From contig JAVKOQ020000066.1 of assembly GCA_031835245.2 (NCBI GenBank), positions 124,001 to 188,000 on the forward strand: a stretch of DNA of 64,000 nt, in the 5' to 3' direction. The DNA comes from Balamuthia mandrillaris (lineage: Eukaryota). A program made the position numbers and the translations under genes. This document shows positions 62,030 to 64,000 of the stretch, piece by piece. How positions within the stretch are numbered: the first letter of the stretch is position 1; every line of letters starts with the position of its first letter. Below the pieces are notes generated by a model. That model saw nothing but the letters and a program-made list of their open reading frames with translations. It did no database searches and had not been told where the DNA came from.

Positions 62030-64000
62030 TGCCCATACCCAGGAGGTAACCTACAACCTCAGGTTACTTTCTCAGGTAGGTCACTTTCTTCTGCCTCCAC
62101 CTCTTCTCCTCCTCCTTGCGGGGTTGCGAGCAAGGAGAGGAGAGAGGATATGCACCAGGATAGGCTTTGGCTCCTGTTTCAGGATCGAGGTAGATCGTTT
62201 CTTTGGCGCAAGGGGCAAGCTTGTTTCGTTGGGACTTCGGGACATGCACAAAGGCAGAACAACCGAATATACGAAGGTGAGCGATGGACCATGCGAACTG
62301 CTTCTGCCCAGAATTGGTCGCCCAGTTTAGCTTGCTGAAGCATGCATCGTGCTGCTTCCATGAGGACTCTGTTCTTGCGCTCGGCGACGCCTTTTTGATG
62401 AGGAGCATTCGCTGCTGTCCTTTGCTGTTCGATACCGAGTACGCTGAGACGTTCCTTGAACTTTTCGCTGAGATATTCTCCGCCACCGTCGCTTCGGAAC
62501 TTACGAATATCGAGGCCGGTCTGCTTGACCACACGAGCGCGGAAATGTTCAAAGTGTTCAGGAACTTCATTTTTGCGTTTCATAAAGTAGACCCAAGTTT
62601 TACGAGTAGCGTCATCGGTGAAGGTGACAAAGTAGCGAGCGCCACCGTTCGAGGGACTCATAGGGCCACAGACATCAGAGTGGATGAGAGCTAGTCTTTC
62701 GGTTTCACGCGTCGAGGACTTCTTCGGTTTTAGGTGCCTTGACTCGTTGTTGCTTACCGAGGATGCAGGCTTGGCATGGAGGAACATCCGAGAGTTTTGC
62801 TTCCGCTACCGCTGGAGAATTTAACGCCATTGACGAGAGGTAACCGACGGAGAGAGTTGAGGTTGATATGACCGAGACGTCGATGCCAGAGTTCGAGGGA
62901 TGTGGGCTGCAGATAGGCAGGAGTGTTTGTGGGATGCCGCGAAGTAGAGGAGAGAGGCTCTTTGGAGGAGACCGAGCTTGCAAAGTTAGCGTAGGCGTGA
63001 CCGTCTTTGATGACGTGATAAGCACGGACCAGGGAGGTTCCGTTGAGCTTGGGTATGACAGCAACACATCTTTGCTTGTTGTCGTAGATGGGGCACGAGC
63101 TCATGTTGAAGTCGACCTTGAAGCCAGCGTCTGTGAGAGCTGACACGGAGAGTAGATTTGTAGTAAGGTCTGGAACTAGGAGAACGTTCCTGCTTGGGGT
63201 GAGTTTTGGTTCTCTATTAAGTTTGCTGTTCAATGAAGATCGCGTTTCACTCTCCAGTCCTGTGTGGGACGACGTCACCCTTCCCTTTGTCACCGTTGGC
63301 ACTGCTGAGGAGGGCACAGACTACACTCTCTTTTCCGAGTCCAAAAGCCCAGCAGAATTCTCGGCAGGATCCAGCTCTGTTGAACTGATCCTGTTCTTCC
63401 CAGAAGCACCATTCACAGGCTACCGCTCCTTGCAGTTCCAGTTCTCGGAAGCATCACCAGCACAGATCGAGGTGCCGGATGTGGAGAGTGCCACCATCCT
63501 TCTGACCAGCACTCGCAGGGCGGGAACGTGGAATTCCTTTTTTTCTTCGTCGCTACGAACTGCTGCTTGAGGAGCCTTTGCTCTGTCGGGCAGGGTTTGC
63601 TGCCGGTTCTGGTGGTGAAGAGGCGCGGGCCTGTTCTTCCGGGATGACCTTGGCCCTTTTTGCTTCGGCGAGAGTGCTCCACCATCGCGGTGTTCAGGGC
63701 CTCGTCCACCGTTCTCGCAGCGTTAGCCCCACGAAAAAGATCATGGTACTCGTCGGGAAGATAGACGACGGCGATCGTCGCTTGAGTGGAACTGCCGACA
63801 GAAAGAATGGGATTTTCCGGTTTGTTGGCATAGAGGGTCAGTTTGTTGGGTAGGTCATTCAGAGATGCCAACGACGATGAAGCAGTGAGCGGTAGTGTCG
63901 TAGTTTTCGCCATCTAAGATGGGAAGAGAGTTGCTAGAGCGTAGAGTCGTCATGTTGTGAGTTACAGGCCCATAACCTGTTAGAAGAGTAGAAGTGTGCA
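62030..64000 (-). mobile_element. Ty1/copia element: edge of 5' LTR (63978-64000), PBS (63965-63977), gag, GAG-pre-integrase and integrase; truncated before RT
   Basis: VLLVPDLTTNLLSVS, LWHRRLGHIN, LIHSDVCGPM, YFVTFTDDATRKTWVYFMK, RSDGGGEY and PHQKGVAERKNR. Frameshifted. Confidence 0.93.

Overview
Eukaryotic genomic DNA, not prokaryotic. Short GT-AG introns are packed with microsatellites and genes are compact; the style suggests a free-living amoebozoan such as Balamuthia or Acanthamoeba (inference only). There are two intact-looking gene islands. The first (1-13.2 kb) holds a PX-domain sorting nexin, a VPS9-domain protein, ELP4, a secreted glycoside-hydrolase-like protein and a small basic mitochondrial-type protein. 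The second (47-54 kb) holds a NAC-beta/BTF3-like gene, a CRIB-STE20 kinase with a C-terminal membrane anchor and a PPR protein. The rest (13.5-47 kb and 54-64 kb) is a scrambled patchwork. It contains five LTR families with target-site duplications and nesting, Ty3/gypsy and chromovirus relics, a Ty1/copia element with a half-tRNA primer site, LINE relics, and Sola-, Mutator- and piggyBac-like transposase fragments. It also contains shattered host-like genes (kinases, REM-Sec7, GUP1-like MBOAT, ParB-like, XPG-like, OTU-like), with many local inversions. The strongest signals are CpG-directed decay between LTR copies (implying repeat methylation), systematic fold-back scrambling, multicopy XPG-like nuclease relics, and an unknown three-copy ORF family flanking a 25-bp array. 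No CRISPR array, tRNA or rRNA gene could be supported.
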